In this document: positions 45,316 through 55,216 of the stretch, one piece after another
How positions within the stretch are numbered: the stretch's first letter is position 1
Layout: the number at the start of each line of letters is the position of its first letter
Source of the DNA: a virus
Taxonomy: Duplodnaviria > Caudoviricetes
Reading direction: 5' to 3' (one strand)
DNA: 55,216 nt
Virus record (IMG/VR): IMGVR_UViG_3300038549_000019
Coordinates: 1-55,216 of that record
Translations under genes and position numbers: made by a program
Notes under the pieces: model-generated
Databases searched by the model: none
What the model was told of the DNA's origin: nothing
The model's input: only the letters and a program-made list of their open reading frames with translations

Positions 45316-45641
45316 AACGCTTGATCCTCTGCTGTGGCTTTGATCACAACTGGCCCCCCACCATCCCCAACGTGCTCGGTGCGCTGGAGCTTGGGGATGT
45401 GGTATTCAATGACGTCCATCATGCACCGCCACGCCCTTTCAGCGCCCTGCTCCTCTGCGATTTGGTCCAGCCAATCCTGCAATCGTGGGATGTTCCCTTC
45501 GACAAGGGCAGCTATTGCTTCTCGGGCATTTTGCGTTACCTTATTAGGTATTCCAGCGCGTGATCCTCCACCTCGTCTTTCTCCGGGCTTAGATCCACGG
45601 GACGGCACTTTTTTACGCTCTCCCTGCCGTTTATCGTCCAT
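45312..45641 (-). CDS. terS: Terminase small subunit, copy 2
   Basis: Allele of 10002-10331. Confidence 0.75.
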   Translation of the reverse strand: MDDKRQGERKKVPSRGSKPGERRGGGSRAGIPNKVTQNAREAIAALVEGNIPRLQDWLDQIAEEQGAERAWRCMMDVIEYHIPKLQRTEHVGDGGGPVVIKATAEDQAL

Positions 45642-45829
45642 TTTGGCCCCTCCTTCGCCCCTAACTCGCGTTTTTCTTCATTCCTAGCACAACTGGCCAC
45701 GTGGAGGCCAGAGATCACGGCTAGGCTCTTTGTCCCTACCGGGCAGTTTGGGTGCCTCGGCAGTCGGGACTTCTTTCACCTCTTCCGGGGTGGGTTGCTG
45801 GTCCTTTTTCTCTTCTTCACCGCTCATAC

Positions 45830-46051
45830 CTACTCCTCATGTTTGAACACCTTCGCTTCCAGGTGCTTAACCCTAGTATCGATCGTTTCGACTTTTTGCT
45901 CAAGGACCGCCGAGCGAGTTTGCCCAGCATAGACCGCCGTGCGCATCTCTCTAACCTCATAAGCCGCCCAACCCAGCACAGCCCCCAACAACCCCTTGGC
46001 AATCCATTCCCAGGTCACCAATCCGCCGCGTTGCCTTTGCCCACCAACCAT
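45830..46051 (-). CDS. Small membrane protein, copy 2
   Basis: Allele of 10520-10741. Confidence 0.5.
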   Translation of the reverse strand: MVGGQRQRGGLVTWEWIAKGLLGAVLGWAAYEVREMRTAVYAGQTRSAVLEQKVETIDTRVKHLEAKVFKHEE

Positions 46052-46611
46052 TAACGCCTCCCTGCGCAAAAACCGAGGGCCAGTCCCCCGGCAACACCTT
46101 GCAATCGCCCCCTCCAAAGGGCACCGCGATTTGCTGCCTTTTGCGCCTCCAGCGCTAATTCTAGGCTGACAACCTGTCTCCTACGGGCGTCAGCCTCGTC
46201 CCTATATGCGTTACCCCTGATAGTCAGGGACTCAATGAGTTTGTCGCGGTCCTGAATGGCCAAGTCCTGCGCGGCAATTAACGCATCCTTAGCAACGTCC
46301 AGACTGGCCAGACCTCCAGAGGGTAGAGGCTCGGGACTCGGTAGGGTGACACCAGGTGTAGCGGGGCGTAGTTTGGCCACCACGGCGCGTAACCGTGCAA
46401 CCTCCAGGTCAGCCCGCCCCACAGCGGCTTTTGCCTCCTGCGCAACCGTCTCCTGTGCCAGTGCCCTGGACCGCTCCGCATCAGCCCTCCTAGCCTCGTT
46501 TTTTGCGGTTTGTTCGTGCTGGGTTGCGACTGCCTGCATTTTTTTGCCGTGATACGCAAATGCCCCTGCCACGATGGCAAGGGCAATTACCGCCACGATG
46601 GGCCATCTCAT
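46051..46611 (-). CDS. Rz-like spanin, copy 2
   Basis: Allele of 10741-11301. Confidence 0.6.
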   Translation of the reverse strand: MRWPIVAVIALAIVAGAFAYHGKKMQAVATQHEQTAKNEARRADAERSRALAQETVAQEAKAAVGRADLEVARLRAVVAKLRPATPGVTLPSPEPLPSGGLASLDVAKDALIAAQDLAIQDRDKLIESLTIRGNAYRDEADARRRQVVSLELALEAQKAANRGALWRGRLQGVAGGLALGFCAGRR

Positions 46612-47663
46612 GCTGTCACCTCGAATAGTGTTGGCTGATAGCCGCTGGCATGGGTCAGGCAGTGTGGGCTAAACCAAATCCGCTCTCTCCCTGCATTTGT
46701 TCGCCCTTTGCCGGTTCCCTGCGTGCCATACCCGCCTTGCGCTTTCCACGCAACCTTTACCCACCCGTGATCCTCCAGCGCATGATGCCCCTCACCCTCG
46801 TAGCCACACAACGCTATTCGCAGGTTGTTTTTTCCCCCATTTGCCACGCACCACTCTGCGACATCGCTTGCTACAGTAGTTGACTCCTGCCTATAAACCA
46901 TTTCCCGGTCATCAACGCCGTACGGTGGATCGAGAAAAACAGCTGTCAACCCCATTGATTCTGTTTGGCTACGGCCTAGGACCCTGGACCAGTCCCCACA
47001 GCATACCCGGACATCCCGCAGCCGTTTCGCCAATTCATTAAATACATCCAGAATGTGCCCATCCCTATCTGCGTCTTGCTTCTTATTTATACCTCGCCCA
47101 GAACCGCCTATGTGTGGTATTTTCCGGTTGATACCTTGCCCAGAATTGCCTATGTGCGGGAATTGGCGTGTTATACCCGCCTCTACACTCCCAATTTGTT
47201 TGGTTAGCGCTAATACACCCTCATCATCTGGGACGGCAACCCACGGCCCCTTGCCACTGGCAAAGCTGGATCCAATCCAGCAGCACATGCCGTAGACCCA
47301 ATACCCTGCCAGCCGAGCATCGTAGTAGTCAGGGTCAGCCATCATCCGGGATTGATGCCTTTGTAGTCTGGTAACAATCCAAATATGCCTAGCGTGTAAA
47401 TCAGCCTCGTTTACAGGGCACGATGCCCATCTAGCTACCTCGTCCGGGGCGTCCCGCGTCGATCGCCAGAAATTGGACACCAGTGCATCCAGATCGTTAA
47501 TCGTTTCTGTTTGCGGCGGATGGGGGCGGGCCAATAGTACAGCCCCGGACCCAAAAAAGGGCTCCACATAGTTTTGACAATCGCCTAGCCGATCCCAAAC
47601 CAGACTAGCGACCGGCGATTTCCCGCCGAACCATGGGAATGGTGCCTTGAGACCATCAGTCAT
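46608..47663 (-). CDS. DNA adenine methyltransferase, copy 2
   Basis: Allele of 11298-12353; DPPY. Confidence 0.88.
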   Translation of the reverse strand: MTDGLKAPFPWFGGKSPVASLVWDRLGDCQNYVEPFFGSGAVLLARPHPPQTETINDLDALVSNFWRSTRDAPDEVARWASCPVNEADLHARHIWIVTRLQRHQSRMMADPDYYDARLAGYWVYGMCCWIGSSFASGKGPWVAVPDDEGVLALTKQIGSVEAGITRQFPHIGNSGQGINRKIPHIGGSGRGINKKQDADRDGHILDVFNELAKRLRDVRVCCGDWSRVLGRSQTESMGLTAVFLDPPYGVDDREMVYRQESTTVASDVAEWCVANGGKNNLRIALCGYEGEGHHALEDHGWVKVAWKAQGGYGTQGTGKGRTNAGRERIWFSPHCLTHASGYQPTLFEVTA

Positions 47664-47913
47664 TCTTTGCCCCGCTGTCTGGCTTGCGGTAGGCAACCCC
47701 GGCCAACCCGGCAACAATACCACCAAGACCCAGCAGGGCGGATACTGCCCCAGTGCCAAGATCGCCATGCCGGTAGGCCCACCATGCGCAGGCGATTGCA
47801 AGCCCACCGAACCCAAGACACAATGCAACCGATGCTAAGGCGACTACGTGGCGCTTGGTTGAGAGCGTCCCCCCGGGCCCGCTCAACACCTCCTTGATCC
47901 ACTCCTTAATCAC
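47656..47913 (-). CDS. Putative holin, copy 2
   Basis: Same as 12346-12603. Confidence 0.6.
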   Translation of the reverse strand: MIKEWIKEVLSGPGGTLSTKRHVVALASVALCLGFGGLAIACAWWAYRHGDLGTGAVSALLGLGGIVAGLAGVAYRKPDSGAKND

Positions 47914-47979
47914 TGATGCACCGGCCAATATGGCCAATCGTACGGGTTATCATCGTATGGATCGCCGGGGTCATCTTTC

Positions 47980-48435
47980 CTACCCATGGTGGACCTCTTC
48001 GTAATGTGGTGTCCCTGTTTTGTCGTAGACCGCGATATAGGCCTTATGCCTAGGCTCCTTGCCGATCCGTGGTGCCTGAACGTGGATCCAGATTGTATCG
48101 CCTTTGATCTCAAGAATGAGCTTATCAAAGACGGGCCCACGATTGATAATTTCATTGAATGCACCCAGGCAGTCCATACCCTTGGGCACAAAATCACAGG
48201 CGCGGCCCTCAAGATGGGCGCTTTGTGGGTGCCCCCCCACCTTGCGGTTGACAGCCTTAGACCTGTAGGCAGAGTTGACCACTAGGGGGACACCCAGCAG
48301 CCCCCGGATTGGCTCAAGAATCGAGTCAGCAAGGATGACCAGATTAGTCCCGGCCTCCATATCTGGGTCATTGCCCAATCCAGTGCTGGTCTTGGTCAAC
48401 TCGTCCAGTGTGAAATGGGGTGATAGGTGCTGCAT
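47980..48435 (-). CDS. M15 endolysin, copy 2
   Basis: Same as 12670-13125. Confidence 0.88.
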   Translation of the reverse strand: MQHLSPHFTLDELTKTSTGLGNDPDMEAGTNLVILADSILEPIRGLLGVPLVVNSAYRSKAVNRKVGGHPQSAHLEGRACDFVPKGMDCLGAFNEIINRGPVFDKLILEIKGDTIWIHVQAPRIGKEPRHKAYIAVYDKTGTPHYEEVHHG

Positions 48436-48466
48436 TGTGTCCTCACTCTCCAGGATATACTTAGAT

Positions 48467-48871
48467 TTAACATTCGCAAGTGTGGTCTATCCACACGATG
48501 CCGAGATTTTGTGCAGCCCACACTTCAACTTGTGTTACATACTGCTGAAACTCTGATACAGTCAGTGATGACGTGCTTTGTGCGGTTGTTCCGCCGCACG
48601 GGAGGTCTACAACGCCCAAAAATCGGCGCTTCAGGAACTCGTGCCAGATTTCGGCTGTGTATTGCCGTCCCTCGATCCAGGCATCCTCCTCTAGCTGATG
48701 CAGTAATCTCCAATAATATTTGTTTTGCGCCCTTGACCGTGTGGATTTCTCCGGCTTGATCTCGATTGCAAGTGGATTGCCTTCTAGCGCATATTTTTCC
48801 CATGCATCCTTGCAGTAGGATACCAACGCTTCCAGGTTCCGCTCGGATCGTAGGTAGTATGTCCTCATCAT
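48467..48871 (-). CDS. ninB: NinB family, copy 2
   Basis: Same as 13157-13561. Confidence 0.8.
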   Translation of the reverse strand: MMRTYYLRSERNLEALVSYCKDAWEKYALEGNPLAIEIKPEKSTRSRAQNKYYWRLLHQLEEDAWIEGRQYTAEIWHEFLKRRFLGVVDLPCGGTTAQSTSSLTVSEFQQYVTQVEVWAAQNLGIVWIDHTCEC

Positions 48872-49071
48872 GGCTCTAGCCCGTTGTCCCGGAATAGCGC
48901 GATTAGGGCCCTAGCCTCGTCCCAGGTAACGTATCCTGTCCCCCGGCAAACCCGCTTGGCACTGCGCTCCGGGATGCCGAGTCGGGCCATCTCTCGATAC
49001 AGATTGCCAGCCCCGCGCAAAACACACGCCAAAGCCAGCCACGGCTCAGGCAGATTAGTTGGTCTCCCCAT
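48868..49071 (-). CDS. Small HTH-like protein, copy 2
   Basis: Same as 13558-13761. Confidence 0.55.
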   Translation of the reverse strand: MGRPTNLPEPWLALACVLRGAGNLYREMARLGIPERSAKRVCRGTGYVTWDEARALIALFRDNGLEP

Positions 49072-50104
49072 GTCCCCTCCTGTCATCATTATAGGCCACT
49101 GTCTACCCAATGCAACCCCATCCGTAGTTTTTTGGGTGGGTCTATTGCTGATTGCGAACCGCTAGTATTGTTTTCATTGGCGTTGTGGCTGGTCTTAGTA
49201 CGTGTTCCCCAGAATTGGGCGTACCGTCATCCCATGGACGGTACGTCCAATTCAAAGTTAGGCGCTCAACGCAGCACGCACCAAAGCGCCCACCCAAGGC
49301 CGAAGCCAATTCCCACTCGAAGCAGTTCCTTCCTTGCGAGGTTCTTTCCATCCTGAAACCCCCGCACGTAGGCCTGTTCCTCTGGTGTTTTGGCCAGATG
49401 GGCCTGTAAGCCGTCAAGCAGTCGTTCAAAATCAGGCATTCGCCACCTTCTTTCTCGTCACCTCAAAGATTTCGGTTACCCCGTCCTGGGCGTAGACCGC
49501 TGCGTAATGCCGCGCCTCGCGCAGGGCGTCTTCCCTGGGGCCAACGGCGCTGGCAACTGGTTCCCCGTCACACCTCACTTCAAATTCAACTTCTTCCATG
49601 GTTTCTCCTGTGGTTCCAACCAACAACGCGCCTAACCCTCACATCAACAACGCTCACTTCGTTCGCTCGGACCCAGCCCTTGCGGGCTGGTCCGGTTATG
49701 TCGGGCGTTAGGCAGCTAGACGTGCCTGCACGCAGAACCTGAAAGATGTCGCTCGCCACAGCCGTCGATACCACCCTGGCCACTGCGCTACAGCAGTCCC
49801 TAGGGCTGGCAGAAAGCTCCCGTAAAAACCCATGCGGGCTGGTCCACTGTATTCGGATGGTGCCCAAATACCCCAAGAAGGGCCTTGCCAATTCCCGCCA
49901 AGGTGGCCTAGATGGATGGCCGTGTAGCCCACTTGGATGCGGAGCAGAGTCCCTTTGTTTTGGCCCGAATGGGTGTTCCTGTAGATGGTGCAGATTTTCA
50001 CGCTTTTTCTCCTTTCGTTTCGTTTACGCGGCCTAACCGGTCATTCAACACCGGCCTTCGGCCTCGGACCCACGGCTCTGCCGTGGGCCGGTTAATTCGG
50101 TTCG

Positions 50105-50713
50105 TTAGACCGCCTCGGCCCATGCTTGGGCAGAACGGGCGATCCCCAGCAGCAGATCCCGAAACTCGGGCGGCGTCCGCTGCCTGTGTTTACTGCACAT
50201 GTTCGCAATCACCCCGCAACGTCGGGCGCTTTCGTACCCGCGTTCCGCTAGGCGTTTCTCTGGCAACCGCTGTTCTGCTGGTCCCCAGATCAGTTCCGGG
50301 GGCTTCGGACCCACCGCCAACAGCCAGGTCTTTTTCCGGGCCTTGTGCCCGTAGTGCCCCTGCTCGACTTCGCAGGTCCATTCGGCGTAGCCGATCCGCA
50401 GCCATCCGGCCTTGGGCGGCTTGGGAATCCCGAAGGCATCCCAGGCTTTCGAGTGCGCGGGGTGCTCCAGCACTCCCCCGAACTGGCGCAGGCTGGCCAG
50501 CGCGGCGGCAAAGCATCCGTCATCATCGCCCGTCTGGTGGACCTTCTTCGTCATGCTGCCTTCCGAGAAACGCCCCCACCTCTGGCAGGGCGGGTGCGCC
50601 ACAACGGGGTGCGGACCCTCGTAGCGCCTGGCGTCCCGCCCGATGTCCCACGGGTCCACCTCGGGCAACCCGTAGTAGCAGCCATTTTTCTCGACATACA
50701 GCGCCGCGATCAC
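50105..50713 (-). CDS. C5-methyltransferase-like cassette gene, copy 2
   Basis: Same as 14795-15403. Confidence 0.6.
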   Translation of the reverse strand: MIAALYVEKNGCYYGLPEVDPWDIGRDARRYEGPHPVVAHPPCQRWGRFSEGSMTKKVHQTGDDDGCFAAALASLRQFGGVLEHPAHSKAWDAFGIPKPPKAGWLRIGYAEWTCEVEQGHYGHKARKKTWLLAVGPKPPELIWGPAEQRLPEKRLAERGYESARRCGVIANMCSKHRQRTPPEFRDLLLGIARSAQAWAEAV

Positions 50714-51110
50714 TTTTCCTCCTCTCCGGTCGTCGGTCTAACCATTCCATCAACAACGCCCCTTCGGGGCTCGGACCCAGCCCTTGCGGGCTGGTCCGGT
50801 TATGTCGGTCGTTAGGCGACACCATTCTGTTTCAGCCATCGATACAGTTCGCCCTTGATGTGGTCCGTCAGCTTCGTCCCAAAAGGACAGGTCTTTGCCC
50901 ACTCATTCACCAAGCCTCCGCTGTGGCAAATGAACTCTTCCAGCTTGTTGATTCTGGCTTGTAGATGCGCCTCTCTTACTGTGCATACCTCGTGATTGCG
51001 GTCCTTCATGATTCGATTCCTCCACACTTTTTATTCTGTGTATGATTCGCGCCAGTCGCCTAACCGGGCGCTCAACCGGACCCCTGGCGGGGCCGGTTAG
51101 CTCGGAAGCG

Positions 51111-51320
51111 TTAGGTGGCTTCGGGCGGCTCCACGCCAGCCTCCCGGAATACCTGCTCAATCAGGCGCCTGGCCGGGCCTCTGGGCTGGCGCGTCCCGTG
51201 AGCCCACTGGTGGACGGTGCGGGGGGTAGTCCCCAGAGCCTCAGCTACCTGGGCCACACCCCCCAGGATCTCCGCCAGGCGGTCCCAGGGGGCGGGGAGT
51301 GTTGTGGGGCGCGGCATCAA
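51111..51320 (-). CDS. HTH cassette gene, copy 2
   Basis: Same as 15801-16010. Confidence 0.75.
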   Translation of the reverse strand: MMPRPTTLPAPWDRLAEILGGVAQVAEALGTTPRTVHQWAHGTRQPRGPARRLIEQVFREAGVEPPEAT

Positions 51321-52084
51321 ATCCCCAGCAAAATGCGAGCGGCTCCGAGAGCCTTTTCCTCAGAATCGCCGGGGACAAAACCATCCTCGGCGGAGGGGCA
51401 GCACTCGCGCAGGGCGATCACGAAGTTTTCCGCTGCTTCTGTGTAGGCCCCGAAATCGTCAAGGCTGGAGATAGCTTCGAGGGCCTTCTTGATCTTCCAC
51501 TCGAAAACTCGGGTGTCGTCGAATTTCCCAGACAAAACGACGATTCGTGCTCGGATCGCGTTCAGGATTTCAATCTTGACATGGCTCATCTCGGCTCCTT
51601 GTGTCCTGGGCTCCTTGCCCGACAACACAATATCGGCTCAATGTTCCGAATGCGCAAGGGGGGGCAAAAGATTTTTTTAGGCCCGCCACCTAACCACTCG
51701 CTTAACCGGACCCCTGTCGGGGCCGGTTAGCTCGGAACCGTTAGGCCTCTGGCTCTTGGTCCCATCCCGAGTCCTCGCGCATCCTCTTCCCGCACCATCG
51801 GCAACAGGTCCAGTGGTGCCCCAGCCCATTCCCCTCCCACAGGCCGTTATCCTCGTGGGGACACTGCTCGATCAGTGCCTTTTCGGCAGGGCGGTAGATC
51901 GTGTCGTCGTACTCCCGCATTCTGCGGCTCGCCTCGCGGGTGCGCTCCCACAGCAAATTCTTCAGCGCGGCTTTTATCTCGGGTCCGTTCATCTTTCCTC
52001 CTATGCCCGCCCCGTCTCTCATCGGCCTAACCCGTCGCTCAACCGGACCCCTGGCGGGGCCGGTTAGCTCGGGAGCGTTAGGCG

Positions 52085-52423
52085 CTACTTGAACAGTGCT
52101 TCAAAGATTTTGCCGCGAGAGTAGCTGGATTCCAGGCGCTTCTTCACTTCGTCCGTCATGCCCCTAGCGAGTTCTTCTGTGATCTGGTTTGCGGTGATGA
52201 TGGCAAGTGAAACAAGCCCTTCTTTGGATTCGACAAGTTGAGCTTTAATCACCGGCACAATTTCAGTAGCCATGAACGCGGTAACTTCATCCTGGATTAG
52301 CTTTGAAACAATAGGGCTCATCTCCCAGTGGGCTTGTCGCGTAGCTTCGGCGGTCAATCCAGCAATAATGGAAGGTTTAGCCTCGTCCAAAATTGAAGCA
52401 ATTTGTTCTTGCGAAAGCTGCAT
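52085..52423 (-). CDS. Cassette G gene, copy 2
   Basis: Same as 16775-17113. Confidence 0.65.
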   Translation of the reverse strand: MQLSQEQIASILDEAKPSIIAGLTAEATRQAHWEMSPIVSKLIQDEVTAFMATEIVPVIKAQLVESKEGLVSLAIITANQITEELARGMTDEVKKRLESSYSRGKIFEALFK

Positions 52424-53222
52424 TGCGTTTCTCCCGCGCCTAACTCGGCGCTCAACCGGACCCAACCGCCACGGGCATCCGGCTTTATTCGTGTTTGGAC
52501 CAATGGCGGTTGGTCCGGTTAGCTTGGGCCGTTAGGCCTCAACGCCAGTTAACATGCATGCCTTCGGTTTCTCTGTGGTCCCACCGGTGCCCACACATCT
52601 CACACACCTTTTCAGACAGAGCAATATACCAAAATGCATCACCTTTGGTCACTAGTCGGTGCTGTGGTCGCAATAAAATGTAAGTGTTGAAACTCTCGCA
52701 ATCTGGACAACGCAATGTGTTTAACAAACCGCCTAACCCATCGTTCAACCCGGACGTTACCTCCATGGACTGCTGTTCTCCTTCGTTATTCGTGATTTCC
52801 ATACTCCCTCCAAAGTTTCGGCGTCGGTAACGCCGGTTAAGTCCAGTCGCTAGGCGCGATTCAAAGCGTTGCGCGCTATTTCGTGGGCATTTACGATATC
52901 CTTCGAATATTGCACGGCCACCAATTCTTCCCGGTATCGTTCAGACCTGTCCTGCGTATCGTTCAACTGTTCGATAATTTCTAATAGTTGATCTTCTACT
53001 TGCCGTCCCCTTGTCGCCTCTATTCGGCTGAGCAGCCATTCCACTCTCTCGTCTAGCCCGGCGCGCTTCCACTCCGTGTCATCAAATAGGCCGTCATGCA
53101 GCATCCACTTGATTCGGTTGAGTTGGTCCTCTGTGTTGCCGTCCATCTCTCTCACCTCGATACCAGTATGGGCCCTGGGTGGCCCGTGCGCAAGGGGGGG
53201 GACGTGCAAACTTTTTTTGTTA

Positions 53223-53759
53223 TTAAGTGTTGTTACCACTGCCATAGTTGTCATCCCACCCGCCCGAATATGTTTCTTTATCCTGGGCGCACTCGATGCA
53301 TTTATTTTTGATTTCGCGCTGCAATCTATTATTAAGACCAACTTCGTACGATAGAGCGCTCATGAGCCCCTCGTTTTGTTTTTCTAGCCAGTCAATATGC
53401 CCATTGGCTATTTCCAGCTCTTTTTTTAATTTGTTTACAATATTTTGCTGCATACAGCCTCCAATCAGTGTTTGCACCTGTAACCATAGCTCCGCCTCTG
53501 TCCCGTGCGCCGCCTCCCAAGTTTTCGGCCCAGCGTGATAGGCGACTCCCCATCCCCCTTGCCGGTGGTGGGCCGGGCACAGCGGGATCGAGTGGAGGTG
53601 GCAGGACCGTTTGCCCGCTCCAATATGCCGCCCTGTCTCAGGGTGGCGTTTGAGGTGGTGCACCTCCGCAGGCGTCCCAGGATACCCATTATTCAGGCAA
53701 ACTATGCACCCAAGCGATACAATAGCGTCAAGGTATTCTTTCTCCTCATTTGTAGCCAC
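53223..53759 (-). CDS. Ref/DUF968-like nuclease, copy 2
   Basis: Same as 17913-18449. Confidence 0.7.
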   Translation of the reverse strand: MATNEEKEYLDAIVSLGCIVCLNNGYPGTPAEVHHLKRHPETGRHIGAGKRSCHLHSIPLCPAHHRQGGWGVAYHAGPKTWEAAHGTEAELWLQVQTLIGGCMQQNIVNKLKKELEIANGHIDWLEKQNEGLMSALSYEVGLNNRLQREIKNKCIECAQDKETYSGGWDDNYGSGNNT

Positions 53760-54186
53760 TGTCTCGCCTCGCCTTCATTCGTGCCTTTGCGCGTCTGTTT
53801 GCTGCGATACATTTTTTGCATCGTCTATATCCAGGCTCTGGATCATGCGCTCCACAAGTGCTACATTTGCCCTCCTGTCGCCTGCGTTCTCGGTATTTTT
53901 TTGTTGCCTCGTCGTGGTACTCCTGGCAGTACCCACATTTTTGCCGCCCTGGCATGGCCTCCGCTTTACCGCATGATATACAAATTCCCAGCGCTGCCAA
54001 GGCCTTCCTGCGCACTAATACACGGGGCGGGGTCCCCTTCCTGTTGTCTCGGCACTTTTGGCACGATCCGAGCCCTCCGTCCGCAGGCGCACCACAATAA
54101 TAGCAAAGGCCAGCCGCTCGTCTTTCCCAATAAATTGTCTTTTTTTGCTTCCTGTTTTTCCGTTGCTCCAGGATTTCCGCCCTCAC
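53746..54186 (-). CDS. CxxC-repeat protein, copy 2
   Basis: Same as 18436-18876. Confidence 0.65.
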   Translation of the reverse strand: MRAEILEQRKNRKQKKTIYWERRAAGLCYYCGAPADGGLGSCQKCRDNRKGTPPRVLVRRKALAALGICISCGKAEAMPGRQKCGYCQEYHDEATKKYRERRRQEGKCSTCGAHDPEPGYRRCKKCIAANRRAKARMKARRDSGYK

Positions 54187-55216
54187 AATTGCCTCCCCTG
54201 CCGTGGAGCTTGTTGACTGGTATATGACGTTTCCCTAGTAACAACCTCATATCGTTGATATTGTCCGTTGAACGCCATGGGAATTTGCCCCAGGGGCCCC
54301 GCACGGTGCTTTGCGATGAGCAGTTCGGCTGTATTATCAACCTCTCCCGTATCGGGCTTGTTTTGCCGGTGCAAAAACAACACACAATCAGCATCCTGCT
54401 CGATACAACCAGACCCACGCAAATCCGCTAATCTAGGTGCCGTGCTGGATCTTCCTTCAACCTCCCGGTTCAGCTGACTCAGGAGTAATACTGGGACGTT
54501 TTTGTCTTTGGCACAGATTTTGAGAGCCCTGGTGATGTCCCCCAACGCTTGATCTTCCCTGCGTTTTGCGTCCGGTTGTGATATGAGTTGGAGATAATCT
54601 ACTACCACCAGCGCAGGCAATTCACCGGCCTGCTGGATAGCCCTGTCAACCTGTGATACAATTTGTGATACATTGATAGCAGCCCTGTCATTTATTAATA
54701 GCTGTTTCTTCCGCAGGTCAGCCACTGCCCTGTGTACAAGCCCACGCTGGTAATCCCTAGCCGTGCCGGTGGTTAGCACGCTCATCGGGACAGACGCTGT
54801 ATTGGCCACTAGCCTCGTCATGATCTCCTCGTCTGGCATCTCCAGGGAAAAAACCAGTACTGGCCCTGTGGCACATGCAGCCAATGCCCAGTTCAGAGCT
54901 AGGGCCGTCTTGCCTATCCCGGGCCTAGCGGCCAGCACATACAGCCTACCAGGGCACAACCCCCCCAGCACTGCGTCTACCCGAGCCATACCCGTTGGAG
55001 CACCCCCCGTCCAGGCATGGCCGTCTAACCGGCCTAGGACGCGTTCTAAGGCCTCCGAACACTGTTTCAGGTGGTTACCCTGCCCGCCAACCGCCAGACG
55101 CGCCAGAGAGGCCCCTAGGGCCTCTGCAAGGGCATCCGGTGTATCCTGGGCAAATGCGTCCCGTACGAGCTGGGTCCCCAGCCGGATCAAATCCCGGCGT
55201 TTGCGGTCCCGCTGGA
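54183..55216 (-). CDS. dnaB: DnaB helicase, copy 2 (5' end cut by window edge)
   Basis: Same as 18873-19906. Confidence 0.93.
   Translation of the reverse strand, partial: QRDRKRRDLIRLGTQLVRDAFAQDTPDALAEALGASLARLAVGGQGNHLKQCSEALERVLGRLDGHAWTGGAPTGMARVDAVLGGLCPGRLYVLAARPGIGKTALALNWALAACATGPVLVFSLEMPDEEIMTRLVANTASVPMSVLTTGTARDYQRGLVHRAVADLRKKQLLINDRAAINVSQIVSQVDRAIQQAGELPALVVVDYLQLISQPDAKRREDQALGDITRALKICAKDKNVPVLLLSQLNREVEGRSSTAPRLADLRGSGCIEQDADCVLFLHRQNKPDTGEVDNTAELLIAKHRAGPLGQIPMAFNGQYQRYEVVTRETSYTSQQAPRQGRQL

Larger units (their letters stand above)
49257..52855 (+). mobile_element. attC cassette array, copy 2 (sites start at 49630, 50031, 50736, 51058, 51688, 52025, 52438, 52731)
   Basis: Same sequence and cassette order as 13947-17545 (+35310). 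Confidence 0.9.
35305..55216. repeat. Copy 2 of long direct genome repeat
   Basis: Diverged allele of 1-12002, then apparently identical to 12003-19906. Confidence 0.97.

Noticed and set aside
1-55216. tRNA/rRNA genes, host chromosomal flanks, host identity
   Set aside because: None recognisable; the host cannot be assigned from the sequence alone

Overview
The window is about 1.56 copies of a ~35.3 kb P22-like podophage genome. Positions 1-19906 recur at 35305-55216 (offset 35304, then 35310 after a net 6-bp gain in terL). The two copies differ by scattered, mostly synonymous changes over 1-12002 and look identical by eye from 12003 onward. The unit has a P22-type virion module (TerS/TerL, portal, scaffold, coat, gp4, gp10, needle-like protein, ejection proteins, tailspike) and a lysis cassette interrupted by a Dam-type methylase. 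It also has replication genes (initiator with iterons, DnaB), ERF/YqaJ recombination genes and a divergent promoter pair, but no recognisable integrase or CI repressor. The stand-out feature is an array of eight integron attC sites at 13947-17545 (repeated at 49257-52855), between ninB and the replication genes, with no IntI anywhere in the genome. The two ends of each cassette are complementary to each other, as expected after real IntI-mediated integration. Every cassette ORF is inverted relative to canonical attC polarity, so it is co-oriented with the phage operon, and its stop codon lies in or beside the GTTRRRY box. All protein calls rest on motifs and gene order read by eye; no database search was run.
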